This document shows, piece after piece, positions 60,575-64,000 of a DNA stretch of 64,000 bases. The notes beneath the pieces are model-generated. The model saw nothing but the letters and a program-made list of their open reading frames with translations. It ran no database searches and was not told where the DNA came from. Within the stretch, counting starts at the first letter, position 1. The number at the start of each line of letters is the position of its first letter. Made by a program: the position numbers and the translations under genes. Source of the DNA: Anaeromyxobacteraceae bacterium (GTDB taxonomy: Bacteria; Myxococcota; Myxococcia; Myxococcales; Anaeromyxobacteraceae); NCBI GenBank assembly GCA_032654565.1, contig JAULAX010000002.1:96001-160000 (forward strand), given 5' to 3'.

Positions 60575-60775
60575 GGTACCGAGTGGGTTGCAGCACCCGC
60601 TCGGAGGAACAGGGAAGTCCGGTCCAATGCCGGCGCGGTCCCGCCACTGTAGCCGGGGAGAAGTCGCCTCCAGGGTAGTCACCACTGCCGCGGACGTTCG
60701 CGGTGGGAAGGTGGGAGGCGGCGAGCGGCGACGGAACTCCGTCGTGCGCGGCCCCGGGAGCCAGGAGACCTCCCT
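60575..60775 (+). promoter_or_regulatory. Cobalamin riboswitch
   Basis: AACAGGGAAGTCCGGT..TGCCGG, CCCGCCACTGT, CCACTG...GGGAAGG and B12-box AGCCAGGAGACCT. Confidence 0.93.
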
Positions 60776-60837
60776 TCGAGCAGGCACCGGCATCTCGCCG
60801 TGGCCACGGTTGTCGCGTCCGAAGGAGACGCGCGGCT

Positions 60838-62754
60838 TTGAACTCGAAGACCCTGCTCCAGGGGCTCATCGCCCTCTCATGCTGCGTCGTCACGCCCTCG
60901 CGCGCCGAGGAGCCGCCGCCCGTCCTCATGGACGAGCAGCTGGTCCGGCTGCCGCGCGCCGAGGCCGCCGGCGATCCCACCGCCGCGGCCACGGTGATCA
61001 GCGCCGCCCGCTTCGCCGGCGGGGCCAAGGACGTGGCCCAGCTGGTGGCCACCTCCCCGGGCGTGGCGGTCGCCGACTACGGCGGCCTCGGCCAGCTCAC
61101 CACCGTCTCGATCCGCGGCTCCACCGCCGACGGCGTGCTGGTGCTGCTCGACGGCCTGCCGCTCAACTCGGCCTTCGGCGGCGCCGTCGATCTCTCCTCG
61201 ATCCCGCGCGGATGGATCGACCGGATCGAGGTGCTGCGCGGGCCGGAGGGGGCGCGCCACGGCGCCGGGGCGCTGGGCGGGGTGGTCAACGTCATCACCC
61301 GCCGGGCCGCGAGCGGGCAGTGGTCGGCCGAGGCCACGGGCGGCTCCTTCGGCAGCGGCGCGCTGGCGGCCGACGGGGTGGTGGCGCTGCTCGGTGGCAC
61401 GCTGCTCGTGGCCGCCAGCGGCGACACCACCCGGGGCGACTTCCCCTACCTCTACGACACGACCCCCTCCTTCGCCGGCGGCGTCGAGCCGCGGGTGCGC
61501 GACAACGCCGCCGCCACCCGGGGCGGGGCGCTGGCCCGGCTCTCGGTCCCGGCGGCCGGTGGCTGGCTCGACGCCGTGCTGCAGGGCTCGGCCGGCGACC
61601 GCGGACTGCCCGGCTTCGCAACGGGCCCGACCCCCGACGACTGGCAGCGCGACGGCCGGCTGCTGGCGACGGCCCGCTACACCCGCGCCGCCGGCAGCGG
61701 GCTCACGGTCGGCGGCCGGGCCAGCCTCCGGCTCGACCGGCTCGACGTCCGGGTCGGCAACCCCGAGCCCTGGCGGCAGCGAGGCGCCGCCGGCGGGGCG
61801 ACGGCCGAGCTCGGCTGGGCCCACCCGGGCGGGCAGCTCTCCTCGCAGCTCTCCGCCGAGATCGAGACCATCGACTCGCAGGGGCTCGCCTCGACCCGCC
61901 GCAACACCCTGGGCCTCGCGGTCGGCGACGACCTGCTCCTGCTCGGCGCCAGGCTGCGGGTGGCCCCGGCCCTCCGGCTCGACGCCGTCGGCCACTTCAC
62001 CGGCCTCTCCGGCAAGCTGGGGGCCTCCTGGCTGCTCGCCGACGGCTGGTCGGTGCGGGCCAGCGCCGGCCGCACCTTCCGCGCCCCCAGCCTGGCCGAG
62101 CTCTCCTTCCAGCAGGGGCTGGTGATGCCCAACCCGGACCTGCTCCCGGAGTCGGGGCTGGCCGCCGACGCCTCGCTGGTGGCCGACGGTCCGTTCGGCC
62201 TCCTCACGCTGGGCGGTCACCTCACCCGCTACCGCGACCTCATCCTCTACCAGCCGACCTCGTTCGGCCGCCTCAAGCCCTTCAACGCCGGGCAGGCCTT
62301 CGTCGCCGGCGTCGAGGCCGAAGTGGCCACCGCCCCCATGCTCGGGCCGGCCCGGGCCACGCTCTCCGGCGCCTGGACCTGGCTCTACAGCGAGCTGCTC
62401 CGGGGCGGCCCCGACGAGGTGGGGAGGCAGATCCCCTACCGTCCTCGCCAGCGGCTCTACGCGCGGGCCACCGCCGCCCCCGGGCGCTTCTCCCTCCACG
62501 TCGAGCTCCACCACGTCGGCCTGCGCTACAGCGACCGGCGCAACCTCGACCCCGTCCCGGCCACGCTGCTCTGGAACGCGGGCGCCGGCGTCGTGCTCCA
62601 CCGCCCGCTCGGCCTCGCCCTGCACCTCGAGGTCAAGAACCTGCTCGACGACCGGACGCTCAACGACGGCCTCGGCAACCCCCTCCCCTCGCGGATGGTG
62701 CTGGTCACCCTCCGCGCCGGCTCCCTCCCTCACCCCACCGAAGGATCTCCATGA
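60838..62754 (+). CDS. btuB: TonB-dependent receptor, BtuB-like
   Basis: Plug segment SIRGS...LVLLDG...IEVLRGP...GGVVNVIT; FRAPSLAEL, NPDLLPE and VKNLLD; downstream of the B12 riboswitch; TTG start with AAGGAG. Confidence 0.85.
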   Translation: MNSKTLLQGLIALSCCVVTPSRAEEPPPVLMDEQLVRLPRAEAAGDPTAAATVISAARFAGGAKDVAQLVATSPGVAVADYGGLGQLTTVSIRGSTADGVLVLLDGLPLNSAFGGAVDLSSIPRGWIDRIEVLRGPEGARHGAGALGGVVNVITRRAASGQWSAEATGGSFGSGALAADGVVALLGGTLLVAASGDTTRGDFPYLYDTTPSFAGGVEPRVRDNAAATRGGALARLSVPAAGGWLDAVLQGSAGDRGLPGFATGPTPDDWQRDGRLLATARYTRAAGSGLTVGGRASLRLDRLDVRVGNPEPWRQRGAAGGATAELGWAHPGGQLSSQLSAEIETIDSQGLASTRRNTLGLAVGDDLLLLGARLRVAPALRLDAVGHFTGLSGKLGASWLLADGWSVRASAGRTFRAPSLAELSFQQGLVMPNPDLLPESGLAADASLVADGPFGLLTLGGHLTRYRDLILYQPTSFGRLKPFNAGQAFVAGVEAEVATAPMLGPARATLSGAWTWLYSELLRGGPDEVGRQIPYRPRQRLYARATAAPGRFSLHVELHHVGLRYSDRRNLDPVPATLLWNAGAGVVLHRPLGLALHLEVKNLLDDRTLNDGLGNPLPSRMVLVTLRAGSLPHPTEGSP

Positions 62755-64000
62755 ACCGCTCTTTCCACCTCGCCGTCGCCCTCGCCGCCCTCGCCGCCGT
62801 GACCGGCTGCACCACGGAGGTCACCTGCCCGGCCGGCGAGTCGGTCTGCGGCAACGCCTGCCTCGACCTGGCGCTCGACGCCGCCAACTGCGGCGCCTGC
62901 GGCCACGCCTGCGCCGGCGGCTTCGACTGCCGCGCCGGGGCCTGCGTGGCGCTCAGCACCGACCGGCTCAACTGCGGCGCGGTCGGCCGGGCCTGCCAGC
63001 CGGGCGAGTCCTGCCTCACCGGCGCCTGCACCTCGCTGCAGGTCGCCTGCTTCGCCTCCGACGAGGTGCGCGCCGTGGAGCCGCTCGACCTGGCCGCCGG
63101 TTCGGCCCCGCGGGCCGCCGGGGTCGGCCCCATCGCGCTGGCGACCCTGGGCGCGGACACCTGGGCCGCCGGCTCGCTCTCCGGCTCGCTCGCGCGCCTC
63201 CCCTTCGACCGGTCGACGGCACCGACCGAGTACCTGCTCCACGGCAAGGACTTCGAGTTCATCACCGCCCACGCCGGCCGCCTGCTCATCTCCAACGCCG
63301 GCGCCGGCACCGTGGTCGTCGTCGATCCATCGAGCGGAGGCGTGGTCTTCGAGATCCCGGTCGGCGCCAAGGCCGGTGACAACATCAAGGGGATCGCCTT
63401 CGCCGCCGCCCCCGGGGCCAGTGAGAAGGCCTTCGTCTCGCTCCAGGGCGACTTCGTCACCGGCGATCCCACGCTCGGCCAGAAGATCGCCGTGCTCGAC
63501 GCCGCCGGCCTGGCCACCTGCGGCGTGGCCGGCTCGCCGCTCCCTTGCCTGGGCGCGCCCACGCTCCTCGACGTCACCGCGGGCGCCGACGCCCCGGGCC
63601 TCCCCTTCCCGGGCCGGTCGGTGGCCTTCGGCGGCAAGGTCTATGTCGTCCTCGCCAACCTGCGGAAGATCTGCTTCACGGACAACACCAAGACCCCTCC
63701 GGTCACCAGCTGCTACTGGACCGACCCGGCCGGTCCCGGCCGGCTGGCGGTGGTCGATCCGGCCGGCGCGACCGGCCCCTCGGTCAGCTACCTCTCGCTC
63801 GGCGCGGCCTGCGGCAACCCGGGCGGCCTCGCCGTACGCGGCAGCTCGATCTGGGTCGCCTGCGGCACCGGCGGGCTGGTGGAGGTGGCGCTCGGTGGCC
63901 CGGCGCCGGTGGTGAGCGGGCTCCACGTCACCCCGGGCTTCATGGTCCCCGGGAACGTGGCATTCTGCGGCGATCGTGGCTTCGTCACCGACCAGTACTC
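62751..64000 (+). CDS. Lipoprotein with Cys-rich (MXAN_6577-like) repeats and a probable beta-propeller; runs off the window edge
   Basis: Not in the ORF track. MNRSFHLAVALAALAAVTGC lipobox, then CPAGESVCGNACLDLALDAANCGACGHAC, followed by propeller-like blades. Confidence 0.8.
   Translation, partial: MNRSFHLAVALAALAAVTGCTTEVTCPAGESVCGNACLDLALDAANCGACGHACAGGFDCRAGACVALSTDRLNCGAVGRACQPGESCLTGACTSLQVACFASDEVRAVEPLDLAAGSAPRAAGVGPIALATLGADTWAAGSLSGSLARLPFDRSTAPTEYLLHGKDFEFITAHAGRLLISNAGAGTVVVVDPSSGGVVFEIPVGAKAGDNIKGIAFAAAPGASEKAFVSLQGDFVTGDPTLGQKIAVLDAAGLATCGVAGSPLPCLGAPTLLDVTAGADAPGLPFPGRSVAFGGKVYVVLANLRKICFTDNTKTPPVTSCYWTDPAGPGRLAVVDPAGATGPSVSYLSLGAACGNPGGLAVRGSSIWVACGTGGLVEVALGGPAPVVSGLHVTPGFMVPGNVAFCGDRGFVTDQY

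Overview
Very GC-rich bacterial chromosomal window, probably from an Anaeromyxobacter-like member of Myxococcota. That placement is inferred from the eukaryote-like Ser/Thr kinases, the ECF-kinase pair, the MXAN_6577-like lipoprotein and the deltaproteobacterial-type BirA site. Housekeeping genes include gdhA, alr, purL/purQ, ilvE, dnaE, ilvA, bioF/bioB, radA, glpK and a cobalamin riboswitch with btuB. Three accessory loci stand out. (1) A complete IS110-family (IS1111-type) element at 45121-46518. Its 3' non-coding end folds by eye into a bridge-RNA-like structure whose loop sequences match its own reconstructed target (a REP-like arm with a CT core) and part of its donor junction. An empty copy of the target lies about 120 bp away. 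(2) A stand-alone PheRS-like ligase with an altered amino-acid pocket and a leaderless Phe-Trp-containing uORF. Its 3' end is duplicated around a small nucleotidyltransferase cassette bounded by palindromic repeats that resemble the tmRNA 3' end. (3) A putative sigma54-driven operon next to gdhA encoding an ATP-grasp ligase, alpha-E, two DUF2126 proteins, transglutaminases and an Ntn-hydrolase domain. All calls are by eye from motifs; no database searches were run.
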